Below are positions 1-13,175 of a DNA stretch of 64,000 bases, piece by piece; within the stretch, counting starts at the first letter, position 1, and each line of letters opens with the position of its first letter. The DNA is from the human T2T-CHM13v2.0 reference genome, Homo sapiens. The stretch is from assembly GCF_009914755.1 (NCBI RefSeq), contig NC_060940.1. One strand, written 5' to 3'. The notes under the pieces were generated by a model. The model saw nothing but the letters and a program-made list of their open reading frames with translations. It did not search any database and was not told the DNA's origin. A program made the translations under genes and the position numbers.

Positions 1-124
1 TTTCCAGGTTCCTGCAAATTGTTTTTATTTAGGGCTCATCTGGTATGTGTATTATGTTCTTGGTAGACAGAAGCTGTCTTTAGTTCGTATGGGTTGAGCA
101 TGGAGGGAACTTCATCTCGTAGTC

Positions 125-330
125 ACTGGATAAGGAGCCAGTCCTGGCTCTTCCTTTAACTGCCCTTGTGACCTTGAACATGTCAGTTCATCTCACCACG
201 TAGTCATTTTCTCATCCGTCTCTTCAGGCTAATAATCACCTGTCCTGCCTTCCTCACAGGCTTGCCGGGCAACCCAAAAGAGCCGCTGATCTGCATAGCA
301 CTTCGCAATGAAGCTGTGCTCTAGAAACAT
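125..330 (+). mobile_element. MIR SINE (degenerate)
   Basis: MIR core-like tgtgaccttgaacatgtcagttcatctc...ttttctcatcc...taataatcacct...cctcacagg. Confidence 0.6.
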
Positions 331-449
331 ACCACGATCTACTGGACTTTCTTAAATAAGGTGGTTGTTCAGGAAATTCCTCCAGTTAATTTTACTTTAA
401 TTCCCCCTACAAGAATGCCGAGACACCTCTGCCTATTTTCTCTTTCTGT

Positions 450-759
450 GTTTGTTGTTTCTTTTGTTTTTGTTTTCGAGACTGAGTCTTGCTCTGTCGC
501 CCAGGATGGAGTACAGCAGTGCAATCTCGGCTCACTGCAGCCTCCAACTCCCGGCTCCAGTGATTCTCCTGTCTCAGTCTCCCAAGTAGCTGGGATTACA
601 GGGATGCGCCACCATGCCCAGCTAATTTTTTGTATTTTTAGTAGAGACGGGGTTTCACCATGTTGGCCAGGCTGGTCTTGAACTCCTGACCTGAGTTGAT
701 CTGCTCACGTCGGCCTCCCAGAGTGCTAGGATTAAAGGTGTGAGCCACCGTGCCTGGCC
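450..759 (-). mobile_element. AluS
   Basis: Full-length antisense Alu ending gagccaccgtgcctggcc; TSD tctttctgt at 441-449 and 760-768. Confidence 0.97.
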
Positions 760-1078
760 TCTTTCTGTTTCAAAGAAATAGTCAAGAAGTTTCTAGATGC
801 ACACAAAATGACCAAACCAGTCTTTCCGCTTATTTACACAATGAAGAAACATCAGAGTTCACCCTGGAAGACAGAGTTTCTTTCTGTCTTCATCCTAGGG
901 CACAGGAGAGATGCAGTGATGGCATGTCTCCACTCTGCAGACATGTTGCAGGCCTGGAAAACTGTGTGGTGCGTCTGTTTTTCAGAGCGTTGAGAGTCAT
1001 GCGGGCCATATGGATGCAGTGGTCCACAGAATTGGCAGTGAGCCCCCGGGGGAGCTCAGTGCAAGACAAGATTCTGGC

Positions 1079-1156
1079 GTAAGAACTGCGGTAGCAAGGA
1101 CAAGAGGGCGTCACGGTGTAAGAATGGCCGTGGCAAGGACAAGAGGACATCACACG
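1079..1156. repeat. Diverged 39-bp tandem duplication
   Basis: gtaagaactgcggtagcaaggacaagagggcgtcacggt followed by gtaagaatggccgtggcaaggacaagaggacatcacacg. Confidence 0.85.
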
Positions 1157-1439
1157 ATGACCTTCTCAGAGTCAGTAGGATAGTTTCCCTTCCTGGAAGA
1201 TTGAGATGAAATAAAGCTTTAGGAGTTGGTATCGCACGCAGGCATTAAATGGATTGTGAAGAGGGACTTTGTTCCCGCTCAGTCTTGTCTCTGCCTCCGT
1301 AAAGGAGTAAGTTAAAAAAGAAAGTTTCTTTTTTTTAAAAAAAAGCCTTACTGCTCAATAAATCCCTGTGGAAAAAAAAAAAAGAGGGGGAAAAAGGAAT
1401 GCACATTAGTCTTCCATTAAAAATAGATCAAAAAAGTAC

Positions 1440-1980
1440 CCAAAAGAGAAAACCCCATAACAATGAAATAAATTAGGATAATCCAACTGGAGGCCTGCAA
1501 ATGAGTTTGCTAAATGTTATATTTTCTCAAGCCACTTAGATTTTTAACTCCCTGTTTCTGCCTGAAGCAATAAAGGCAGGAACGCTGTCATTAGCTTCAA
1601 ACACCATTTTTTAAGCCCCTAGCTGCATTTGTTATTTTTCTCTTCCCCCCCTTAGCTGTATCCCTGCATTTATTACAGCGCAGGTGCATCTTGCTTTTGA
1701 GTGCTAACTGAGATGAAAGGAGTGAGAAAACGCTCTCTTCTTCTTGCAGGGGAGGGCTGGCAAATTCAGTGAATGCAGAGTCGGCTGGGAGCCTTTCGGC
1801 TGGAAAGCTCTTCCTCTGATGAGCTGTCTGTTACAGATTTTCAGGGATGGCCCTTGATAAGGCAGGGGTGTCTGTCCACGCCACACTGTGGTCAGATAAC
1901 CCCCGATCGTAATAAGCCGGAGGATAATCGCTTGCATTGTTCAATAAAGCAATTGCTTTGTCCCCTCACTTAGCCCCTTC
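1440..1980. promoter_or_regulatory. Candidate enhancer (unique sequence with GATA/SOX/homeobox motifs)
   Basis: No repeat recognised; TGATAA 1855, AGATAA 1894, GGATAA 1922, CATTGT 1935; retained CpGs. Function inferred only. Confidence 0.35.
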
Positions 1981-2359
1981 AGAAAAGCCAAAAAGAATGT
2001 GCCACCTAGATGCTATTTATAACCATTTTCACCTCTTGCCTCCAGGGGCTAAATTGGAAACCTAATTTTAGATGCATAAAAGCCAAAATATGTATAGGAG
2101 AAGCTCCAAAATAAAATATCCCAGAGTGGCTTGTAAGCATCCTTCCAACAGGTTCAGGTTGATTTACCTTGCTGTGGATATTTAATTATGTCATTGAAAA
2201 AAACACCAGTAATTAAATCATTATTTCTTAGATGTGAGGTCCAAGGACATTCTAGAGGAAGTCAAAGGCAGAGGGAGGAAGGGTGGGACGATGGAGGCCT
2301 GAAGGGCTGGTGGAGAGGAAAGAAGGCAGCCTGTGCCGTCAGAGAGAGTTCAACTCCAT

Positions 2360-2535
2360 CCGTGCAGCTGCTAGCATCTTGCCTTACTCAGCCTCTGTGA
2401 ACCTTAAGTTGCTCAGAATGAGACAGGTAACACCTGCCTCCGTGGTTTGTCAGGACATTTAGAAATGCAGACTTGCTCAAGACCTGGATCTCAGGTGGTA
2501 GGTTGGTCCACAGACAGTGGCACCACTAGCTATTA
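2360..2535 (+). mobile_element. MIR fragment
   Basis: ttactcagcctctgtgaaccttaagttgctcagaatgag...cacctgcctc...agctattatt resembles the MIR core and 3' end. Confidence 0.5.
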
Positions 2536-2968
2536 TTTATTTGTTGTCACTGTTTGGGACCCCTGTTGCTGTCTCACCAAAGAACTTCTTGTCTCCCTTT
2601 TAGAAGTTTCCAGAGCGTCTTCCTGATGTTGCATAGAGCACTCACACCTAACAGATCTCAGAACTTGTATCTTTTCTGGGTGGCTAGACTGAAAAATCCA
2701 TTTTCTTATGAGTGAGCCAGAGGTCTGTCTCTTGCGGCATTTCTGCTTTTGAGAACCTCCCGTTTCCTGAAAGGCACCAGACCCCAAGACAGCTCTGCTG
2801 CCTGATTGGTAGATGCCCATGACAGCTCTGCTTCATGCCTGCTGCCTCCTCATCCCTCTGGATGCCTTGTGGTCCTGCTTGTCTGAAGAGCATAAACTTG
2901 GGGGTTCCCACTCGAAAAGAGGTTCCAGCAGTTCCAGCCCCTATGTCAGGGGAGCCACTTTTGGGGCT

Positions 2969-3632
2969 GGTGGTAGGCAGAACTTTGGCCCTCGACATCT
3001 CCTCTGTTGGCATTACTCCTATGGTGGTGTTACGTAACATGACAAAAGGGACCTTGCAGATGTAATTAAGGTAACTAATCAGCTGACTTTAGAATAGGAA
3101 GGTTATCCTGGGTGATTAGCATGGATCAGAGTTCTCACAGGAGCCCTTCAAAGCAGAAGGGGAAGGTGGACAAGAGAATCGGAGAGATGTGGCAGAGGGT
3201 AGGCAGAGAGATTGCAAGCAGGGAAGGATTTCACGTACTGCCACTGGCTTTGAAGATGGAGGGGGCACATGGCTAGAAATATGGGCGGCCCTCAGAAGCT
3301 AAGAACTAGCTCTTTCTGACAGCCAGAAGGAAATAGGGACCTTCCACCTACAATAGCATGGAAAACGGGGACCTCAGTTCTGCAACTGCATGGAGCTGAA
3401 TTCTGCCAATAACCTGAATAGGTTTGGCAGCAGATTCTTTCCTGGAGCCTCCAAAGAAGAGCCCAGGCTGGCTGACACCTTGTGAGTGGCCTTGTGAGAC
3501 CTGAAACAGGAAACCCACCTGAGCCACTCTTTGCCTGGGACTTCCAACCCACAGCAACTGTGCCGTCGTGACTAGATACGTTTTTTTAAGGGGATGATAA
3601 TTTGCTGTGGCAGCAATAGAAAATCTGATACA
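2969..3632 (+). mobile_element. MLT1E-type MaLR solo LTR
   Basis: Starts gtggtaggcagaa; aaaagggaccttgcagatgtaattaagg; gaattctgccaataacctgaat; ends gcagcaatagaaaatctgataca. Confidence 0.9.
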
Positions 3633-4159
3633 CTGTCATGGGGCCTTCCACAGGGTGGGGCTCAACCAGCCCTCAGCTCATCTAGCATGTTTCCTCCTAC
3701 AACCTGGACTTTTTCCTGTTGTCCCCTCCCGTGACACTCAGCTCCCTGCATTCAATAGAATTGCTTTTGTGGGATGATGAGTGTGTTCAGAGTCATACTC
3801 AGCCTAATTATTGCTTTTGACCAACCCCAACACATAATGCTGTATGTCATGCTGTACTACTTTTAATTTCACAGATGAACACATTTCTGTTCTTTTAATC
3901 CACCTCTCCAAGGCTCGTGTTAACTCCATCTGGACAAAGCCTTGAGGTATACGTGTGGCTTCTTTTGAGCATCGTGCCATAGCTGTCCCTGATCTACCTT
4001 GCGGGGCAATCACAACAAGTAAAAGGTTTTCCTCTTGAAGGATTGAACGCCTCAATGCGTGCATCCTACATTGTCTAGTGGGAGAAATCTCCGTTGTAGA
4101 TTCTGACATGTCACTCCACATCTTTGTAACTTTTTATGGCTCTCAGCCCTACTTTCTTA

Positions 4160-4378
4160 ATAGTAGTAGCAGTATTTATCTACTGTTTATTGTATTCCAG
4201 GTAAAGGATATGTGAAGCACTTTTCATGCATTATTTAACCTAGCTATAATACTCCCATTTGACAGATGAGAGGACTGAGGCTTGTAGACTTTCCAAGGCT
4301 GTTCAGCTCTAGGTCTAGTCTGCCATTTGAATTTGGGCGATGATACCAGAGACCAAGTTCTCAACTATGATATACTGC
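4160..4378 (-). mobile_element. MIR
   Basis: ctcccatttgacagatgagaggactgaggct is the antisense MIR core. Confidence 0.8.
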
Positions 4379-4787
4379 ACATGTTTTTGTTTTTGTATTT
4401 TGGTTCAAAAAGAGAGTATGATCTCACTTTTCCCTTCTTGATAGGTTGTAGATTCCATGTCTAATCCATCCTTTTCCAATATTCCCTCCTAATCTTTCAG
4501 TTGAATTATGGTCTTTAGCTCAAATGCGTGACATGATGTGTGTGCCTTTGGAGTGGGGCGGTATTAGTCAGTCGATGGTTATTTCCTTGAGGAGAAAGGA
4601 AAGGAGAAGTTGAGTACTTTTCAGTGTTTGTTACTACAAAAGCATGGTGGCATGCCATTGTTCTGAGAGGAAGGGGGTTTTTTGCCTTGTCAGCTCCTGA
4701 TGAAAAAGATGTTGGGTTGGAAAGCTAAGTTACAGCAGGTGAACTTGAATTTGAGGAAAGACAAAGCAAACCCTGGCTATTAAAGGA

Positions 4788-4796
4788 ACACACACA

Positions 4797-4837
<41 letters not shown>
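4788..4837. repeat. (CA)n microsatellite
   Basis: About 25 CA units with one TA interruption. Confidence 0.98.
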
Positions 4838-4841
<4 letters not shown>

Positions 4842-5349
4842 CTGGTATTAGGAAATGGAGATTTCTAACATAATAAAAAAGATTGAACTTAAAAATGACT
4901 TCCATTAAATAGGGTAAGAATTTTGAGGTGGAATCCTTTTTCCTTGGGTCAGTACTTTCTGCAAGCTTCTAAGTAATGGTTTCTCTTAGACACTCACGGT
5001 GATAAAATTGGGAGTTTTCAAATGAAATCTGGAATGATCTACTGGCATCATGCCTAGGACTTTGGAAAACTTGAAGGTTGGCACCTTTGGGGAAAACCAG
5101 ACTTTTGAAGCAGGGGCTCTGATTGTCTCTTCTTATTATAGTGCAAGGTGTTTGGCAGAGGTGTGGTAGCTGAAGGCCCAAGGATAACATTGTCCAGATT
5201 TTCAGTCTTTGGAGCCATAAACATCCAGTTCTTTCCAGCCCCGCTCAACCGCCTCTCTTAATTCACCACCCTGTTAGCTTCATCTCAGGCCAGACATTGT
5301 AGGTGGCAGCAATTGTAGGACAATGAGAAGAGGCCAGATGAGGACAGAA

Positions 5350-5860
5350 TTTTTATTTTCCATTGCCAGTAACAAACACAGCCCTAACTTGCTTAGACCA
5401 AAGATGGGGATTGACTGGCAACTGGGAAGCCTAAGGGTGGATCTGGCATGGCTGGATCTAAGTGATTAAATGGCGCGGTCATAATTCTATTTCTCTGCAT
5501 CTCTCAGCTGTACTTCCATCTCTGTAAACTTCATTTGCAGACATGGCCAGCATGCGCCCATAGCCTTAATGCTCAGGGAATATTGGTGGGAGAGAAAGCT
5601 CCTTTCCTATAGCTTCAGCAAGAGTCCCACGGCTGACTCTCATTGGCCCTCAGTGGGTCACATGTAAATCATTGAGCCAATCACCGTCTTTCTGTCTGGA
5701 CCTGGAATAAAGACCACCTTAGAGCATGGGAGCGGGATCCCCTTGATCCACACCATATAGACTGTGAGGTATGAAGTACCTCACAGTAAAGAAGTCATGT
5801 TATTGCTGGAAAAGGGGACATGGGTATTAAAAAGACAAAAACAACAGGGCTTCATCACAG
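5350..5860 (-). mobile_element. MLT1K/J-type old MaLR LTR
   Basis: ggcatggctggatc, gactctcattggccc...gggtcacatg...gagccaatcac match antisense MLT1J/K motifs. Confidence 0.7.
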
Positions 5861-6214
5861 CAGCTATACTGCTCCATCAATACCCATCCCAGGAGACAGT
5901 GGCAGTCTTGATGTCAATCTTGTTTTAGGATCATTGCCAGTGGAATTCAGGACTGCGGTTCTACCCGGTACCGGGGAACCAGGTGAGGGGGTTAAGAGGC
6001 CTGGGCCCATGGAAGGGGTGAGAGAGAGCCACATACTTACAGTTGTGAAGGGGGCCAGCCAGGATGGTGGCTTGCAGGAAAGGTCTGAGCAGAGTAAGAG
6101 GCAGTTCCTGGCACCAGCATGCCAAAGGCAGATAGCAACACTCTTCAATGGATGTGGGTGAGAGGACAGTGGAATCCAGCAGGGGCCATTGTTTCCTTCC
6201 ATAATATTTTTAAA

Positions 6215-7110
<896 letters not shown>

Positions 7111-8446
7111 GAATAAATCTGCGCTTTAGAGGCACTTGCTCAGGCTTGTGGAATAATTCTACAGAGAGAAACAGGAATCAAAGGGAAACCTGAAGCTGGC
7201 TCAGAAGATGGATGGGCCAGCAAAGGCTTCAGCAAAACCACACAATGCTCATGAAAAATCACGCATTTCTCTGATTTGTGGTTATTGCTTCCCTGGATTT
7301 TTTTTTTTTCCAGTTGTTGTTGTTCATGGTGGTGGTGGACAATCTGACCATATACCAACCAAATTGACTGTTAAATTCAATCATCAGTGACCACTCCTGA
7401 TAATCTGACCTCCTAAGTTAGAGCCCCTGGGAAGTTCAGCCGTGGTTCTGACCAGGCAGGATAACTATCTAAGTGTTCCCCTTTGGACCTAGACTGAGCC
7501 AAAGTTTCTCCTTGGTCTATATAGGATAATAGATTTCTAAAACAAACCAATAGCTCAGGCACAATTATAGTGGGGGGTGGGGGGCATGTTTAACCTACTT
7601 TAGAGAACAAACTCTTTTTAAGGGCTTTGCACACTAATTGTATGCAAATGGATGCTGCTAATTGCAAACACAAAATTCAAACCTAGTCAAATTTGAAACC
7701 TGTTCATCAACAGTCCCTTTAGGACCTCTGCCCCACTCTATGTATGCAGTTTAAATTGCTGATTTATGGCTACATAATGTCTTCCTAACCCCCAGTTTAC
7801 TGTTGGCTTCCTTCAGAGTCATTGCCCCAGGGGACTCATTGACGGCAGAGAGTGTGTCCCCTCCACTGTTGCCTCAATGCCCAGCTCAGCCCAGTGGGTA
7901 CCGTACTTCAAAACCTCTTATTGAGGTCCACCTCTGTGCCAAGCATTTCGGTAGGCAGTGACAGAAGAGAGTGCATGCATGAATGGATAAACTCTTTCCT
8001 GGAATGCCTGCTCTCATCACCTGGTTTCAAAGTCGAGCCAGACGTTCTGTCTCAGCTCAGATTCTACCTACCCTGAGGTTCGCAGCTGGGCATGATCGAG
8101 CCACTCTCCACTCTCCTGTAGCATTTTTGGGCTTTGAGTTTATTTGACACTTTTCACTTGCTGCCTTATATTGCGTTTATTTTTATTAATTACTTCAGTA
8201 GTCATTTACAAAATGCTGCTGAATCCAAGTCCCTGTGCAAGATGCTGCAGGAGACAAAAAGATGAACAACACGTGGTCTTTGCTTTCATAGGTTATTTCT
8301 CCTCTTCCATAGCAACACATGTCAAGGCAAGGACCATATCTTATTCAGTTCCTAGTCATCTTTTCTTTCTTTTGCTTTTTCTTTTTTAAATTGTTAAGAT
8401 CTGCCATAAAAATGTCTGTCAGAGTAGGCATGATTGCATATTCTTT

Positions 8447-8730
8447 AGATGGATGGGTGGATGGATGGATGGATGGTTGGATGGTTGGGTGGATGTATGG
8501 TTGGATGATTGGATGGATGATGGTTGAGTGAGTGGGTGGATGGATAGGTGGAAGGATGAATGGATGCATGGCTGAGTGGATAGAAGGTGGATGGATGGAG
8601 GGATGGATGGTTGGATGGTTGGATAATTGGATGGATGCATGGATGTTTGGGTGGATGAACAGATGAATGGATGCATGGATGAATGAGTAGTTGGATGGAT
8701 GGATAAATGATGCATGGATAGATGAATGGT
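8447..8730. repeat. (GGAT)n degenerate simple repeat
   Basis: About 280 bp of ggat/gggt/gaat units. Confidence 0.95.
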
Positions 8731-9045
8731 GAAACTTTTATATTTTACTAAAAATCTGCATTGATAGCCTAGTGGCTTGCTAAAAATAAGGGAGCTGCCC
8801 AAATGCCCCATTTCCTTTATATACTTGTGGAGCAGCAGCGAAGGCCAAGCCAGTGCCAGGGGCTGGAAACAGACACATAAATAAGAACAAATAAGATACA
8901 GACCTGACCTCAATGATTTTTTGATATAGAAGCATAGGCACATAAATAAATTCCTGTAATGGGAGTCTAGGGTGAGGGGTGGTGGGTGCCATAATAAAAA
9001 TTATATAAAGTGCTATGGGGAAGCAAAGCTACATGACCAATTTGT

Positions 9046-9335
9046 TCTATTTATTTATTTGTTATTATTATGTTTTTTGAGACAGAGTCTCGTTCTGTCA
9101 CTCAGGCTGGAGTGCGGTGGCATGATTGTAGCTCACTCCAGTCTTGAGCTCCTGGACTCAAGAGATCCTCCTGCCTCAGTTTCCTGAGTAGCTGAGACCA
9201 CAGGCACGGGACACCATGCCAGTCTAATTTTTAAATTTTTTGTAGGGACAGGGCCTCACTGTGTTGCCCAGGCTCATCTCAAACTCCTGGCTTCAAGTGA
9301 TCCTTCTGCATTGTCCCCCACAAAGTATTGGGAAT
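9046..9335 (-). mobile_element. AluJ (5' end missing)
   Basis: Antisense Alu with J-type features (gatcctcctgcctcag, ctcactgtgttgcccagg). Confidence 0.93.
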
Positions 9336-9869
9336 GTATTCTTTCCTGATCAGGAAACTCCGCAGAGAGAAAGTGACAGTTGAAGACTATATTGAATTTT
9401 GGCCCACAGGAAAAGGAAACTTTGCTGTTAGGGTCAGCTGGAGGAGAGACTGCAGGGGTCAGAGATCAGGGCCATATGCTAGAGCTGCAATGTGGGTGCT
9501 CAAATGATGTTCAGTGCATCTTCACAGATGGACCTCCACATGTCCCTCATGCCCTAAAATAGATATTCTCCACAGCTGCACATACAACAACGTCAGTGAA
9601 ATCCGTTGAGAGGAGCATTGAGGAGATGAGTCAGGTGTGCCGCAGCACTCAGGTCAGACTTGAGGCAAGTGAGAGGTGTGAGTTATTCAGAGTCCCAGAG
9701 AGCTTGGGCCAAAAGAGATTCTATTTTTACTGGAGCATGTGAGGGTGGATCACAACTAGGATGGCGCGAAGTTCACCTCGTGTAAGCACACCAGGCTTCA
9801 GGGATAATAACTGCACTTTTTAAAACCAGCAAATGATTCATATTTACTTTATGAAACCTCTTTTAACTT

Positions 9870-10218
9870 TATTTTTTATATTTTTTTTATTTTCTTGTTT
9901 CTTTTTATTTTTAAAATTTATTTTTGTTTTTTTTGTTTTGAGACAGGGTCTTGCTCTATTGCCCAGGCTGGATGGAGTGCAGTGGCCCAATCATGGCAGC
10001 CTCAGCCTCCTAAACTCAAGCAGTTCTCCTGCCTCAGCCTCCCGAGTAGCTGGGACTACGGTTGTACATCACCACCTCTGGCTAATTTATTTTTTGTAAA
10101 GATGAGGTCTCACTATGTTTCCCAGGCTGGTCTCTAATTCCTGGCCTCAAGCGATCTCCCATCCCCCCTCAGCCTCCCAAAGTGCTGAGATTACATGCAT
10201 GAGCCACCATGCCTGGCC
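9870..10218 (-). mobile_element. AluJ
   Basis: gagacagggtcttgctc...gaggtctcactatgtt...gagccaccatgcctggcc; long T-rich tail. Confidence 0.95.
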
Positions 10219-10408
10219 TCTGGCCTTCTTTTCACTTTAGAAAAAAACAAAAAACAAAAAACAAAAAAAAACACAAAAAAAACTTTTTTTTTTAGAACTG
10301 TTTTAGTTTGGGAGCCAAAATTGAGCAGAAAGTACAGAGAGTTCCCGTATACCTCCGGCAGAGCCCTGGCTCACTATCTACATCCCCACTAGATCCATGT
10401 ATTTGTTT

Positions 10409-10725
10409 AGGTTTTGGGGGTTTGTTGTTGTTTTGAGATGGAGTCTTGCTCTGTCACCCAGGCTGGAGTGCAGTGGCACCACCTCAGCTCACTGTAGCCT
10501 TGACCTCGAGGGCTCAAGCAATTCTGCTGCCTCAGCCTCCTGAGTAGCTGGGATTATAGGCACATGCCACCATACCCAGCTCATTTTTTTTTAATATATA
10601 TTTTTAGTGAAGGCGGAGTTTCACCATGTTGGCCAGGCTGGTCTCTAACTCCTGACCTCAAGTGATCCGCCCATCTCGGCCTCCCCAAGTGCTGGGATTA
10701 CAGGCATGAGCCACCACTCTAGGCC
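10409..10725 (-). mobile_element. Alu (J/S)
   Basis: Antisense Alu; TSD tgtatttgttt at 10398-10408 and 10726-10736. Confidence 0.96.
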
Positions 10726-10851
10726 TGTATTTGTTTTAATTGATTAATCTACAATGACACATCATCATCACCTAAAGTCTATAGGTTCATTAGGTTCACA
10801 GTTGGTGATATATATTCTGTGGGTTTTCACAGACATGGAATGACATGTATC

Positions 10852-10912
10852 TATCATACATCATATATTGTATCATATCATATCATGTCATATCATATCA
10901 TATCATATCATA
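10852..10912. repeat. (ATCAT)n pentanucleotide microsatellite
   Basis: tatcatatcatatcatgtcatatcatatcatatcatatcata. Confidence 0.9.
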
Positions 10913-11898
10913 CCGAATAATTTCATTGCCCTAAAATACCTCTGTTTTCACTTTTTAATCTCTTTGTGCACACATCAAAAATTCCTTTTGTGTTTTTGAG
11001 TTTCAAAAGTGTGCCACAAACAAGAAATTTGGGATCTGCTGAGCCCAGCCTCAGACCTGTAGGGGAAACAAAGAGGGCAACAGGAGGTCACGAAGGCATG
11101 CTGTGCCCACTTTTGGAAATTGTGAAGGAGAGTGTCTCAAACATGTAGGCTTGAGCCACTCAAAATTCTGGGAAATAGGATGTTTTGTAAAGAAAGTTTG
11201 CTACTGTCACTTCTGAGTAGTTGCAGTCCCTCCCAGTACGTGGGTATCTTCGGTGAGAACAAATTTCCTGGCAGCTTGAGGACTCCGTGTGTTATTCACA
11301 TGCTTTATTTAATAGACTTGCCTCATGTGACTTTCTATATCATCCTTTGTGTCTAAGTGATTTGCACTGGGAAGATAGTAAACGCTCCCACTTTATATGC
11401 AGAAGGTTGAAAACACCATGAATGTTGCAATCTGAGGTATCTGCCCTTAAAGAAGCAATATTTACTGAAATGCAGGGCACACGACTTTTCCAGCAAACCA
11501 CACCGCCGTCCTTTTGTGTGACGAAATAATTATTTTGAGATACCGACATGCGTGACGACCAGATAATTATCTGAGAAAACTTAGCATCTAATGATGCTGT
11601 TTTGAGATCACAAGAAAGAATTATATTAGCTTGAGCTGAATTGTTCTTTTCCCCCTGTCTCTCTTTAGTTGTAAAAACACCCACAAATGTGAATGCTTCA
11701 GGCCTGAACTTGTCAACAGCCAGTGGCTCATTGTAGACATAGGGATGTCGCCTGTGTTTGGGGCTGAGACACCAGAACAGGTGTTCTGTGGGAACTGAGA
11801 ATGTCTACTGCTGCACACCTTTAATCTCGGGTCTTCTTTCTGGTGAAATACCCGTGATTCATAACTCAGTCACGTTACTGAGGTATGTCTCTTCGGAT

Positions 11899-11940
11899 AG
11901 ATTCTATCTCTAAAAACTACAGATTCTATCTCTAAAAACT
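11899..11940. repeat. Perfect 20-bp direct repeat (period 22)
   Basis: agattctatctctaaaaact at 11899-11918 and 11921-11940. Confidence 0.95.
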
Positions 11941-13175
11941 TAAGTCAAGGGATTTTGAAGCAGTTGTTTGATTTATGTATGTGAACCTCTCCCTTAGGAG
12001 AAGAACTTTTCTTTGGCAAACACCATAGGAACGGAGACCTTAACAAAAGAATTAGGACTCTCTTGTCCTGTTTTAATCTCAAAGCTGTCCCTGCGCTGGT
12101 GCGGCTGGCCCACTTGTGCCTTTGTGAATTTGCAGAGAAGAGGCTGGGCGTGGGGGGACACATGACTAATCCGCCCTTTCTTTTGTTTGTGCAACAACTC
12201 AATTCACTGTCACCACATCAGCACATTTGCTGCAAATCTCAGTGCCCTCTCACTTTCGTTTTATTTAATGCGTTTCTACATTTTCCCAAGGCCACATGAG
12301 CTGTTTTCTGGCGCGTGGTATGCCTGCCTCAAATAACTAACATTGCCTGGGTCTTGGAATCTGAGCCTTCATATTCTCCGATATATTATTTGGTCCTATT
12401 GTTCCTTAACTTGCTCATCATTCACACGGCGAAGGAAATTCCATTTGGTCCTTTTAAGACCGCCAGACTAGCTGACTTAAACACTCAGCTCCAGCTACTT
12501 CTGAATATTTCGGTTCTTTATTGAAATGGTCCTTTTAATGTCATCTTTAATTTAATCAAATAGTGTCATCAAAATAACATTTACTCTATTACTGAAAATT
12601 CACTGCATTATTAACTAGTGTAACTAGACAAAAAAGATGGTACAAACCCCCATGGAAATATATACTTACTGTAAAAATGGATAGAGTTCATGGATGTTCT
12701 ATATTTAATTTGCACTTTCAAAGTACTCTCTATGGAGAGGTTTTATGGTTCTGAAATAATTTAAAAACACACTTTACTACAATCCATAGCAGGTAGTTTT
12801 GCCAATTTGGGAAGTTATGGTGCCTTGCAGTTTCCAAAGTAAGCTGAACAGTGTTTTTTAACAGTGCTGCCCCTCTCTCCCACTAGAAATGCGAGTCCAT
12901 CCTTTTACCAAGTGTGGTACGACAAAGGTTTCTCTGGTTTTCTTTTGGTATTCTCAGACAACTGAAATATAAATTACATGGTATGTGCAGGTATCACCAG
13001 GATGCAATTAGTTTGATGAAATATACCAAGTCGTCAATGCCACTTTGGATAGTTTAATCTGAAAATAGGACATGGTTGGGGTAGTGGGCACAGGGGAAGG
13101 AAGGTTATGTAATTTTAAAATTCTTCCTTTGATTCAAAAGAAAAAAACATGTTTGTTGCATTCAACTCCAAAGGG

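Larger units (their letters stand above)
10290..10945 (-). mobile_element. L1MC-type 3' UTR, interrupted by Alu
   Basis: aaaattgagcagaaagtacagagagttccc...tgacacatcatcatcacctaaagtc...cattgccctaaaa. Confidence 0.85.

Noticed and set aside
361-681. 106-aa ORF and similar Alu-overlapping ORFs (e.g. 6636, 19654, 34198, 42382, 53352, 56457)
   Set aside because: Translations of Alu sequence ([22 protein letters not shown]); not host genes
8319-8943. HPSI/WMDG repeat ORFs (also 15587-15952)
   Set aside because: Products of (GGAT)n simple repeats, which lack stops in several frames
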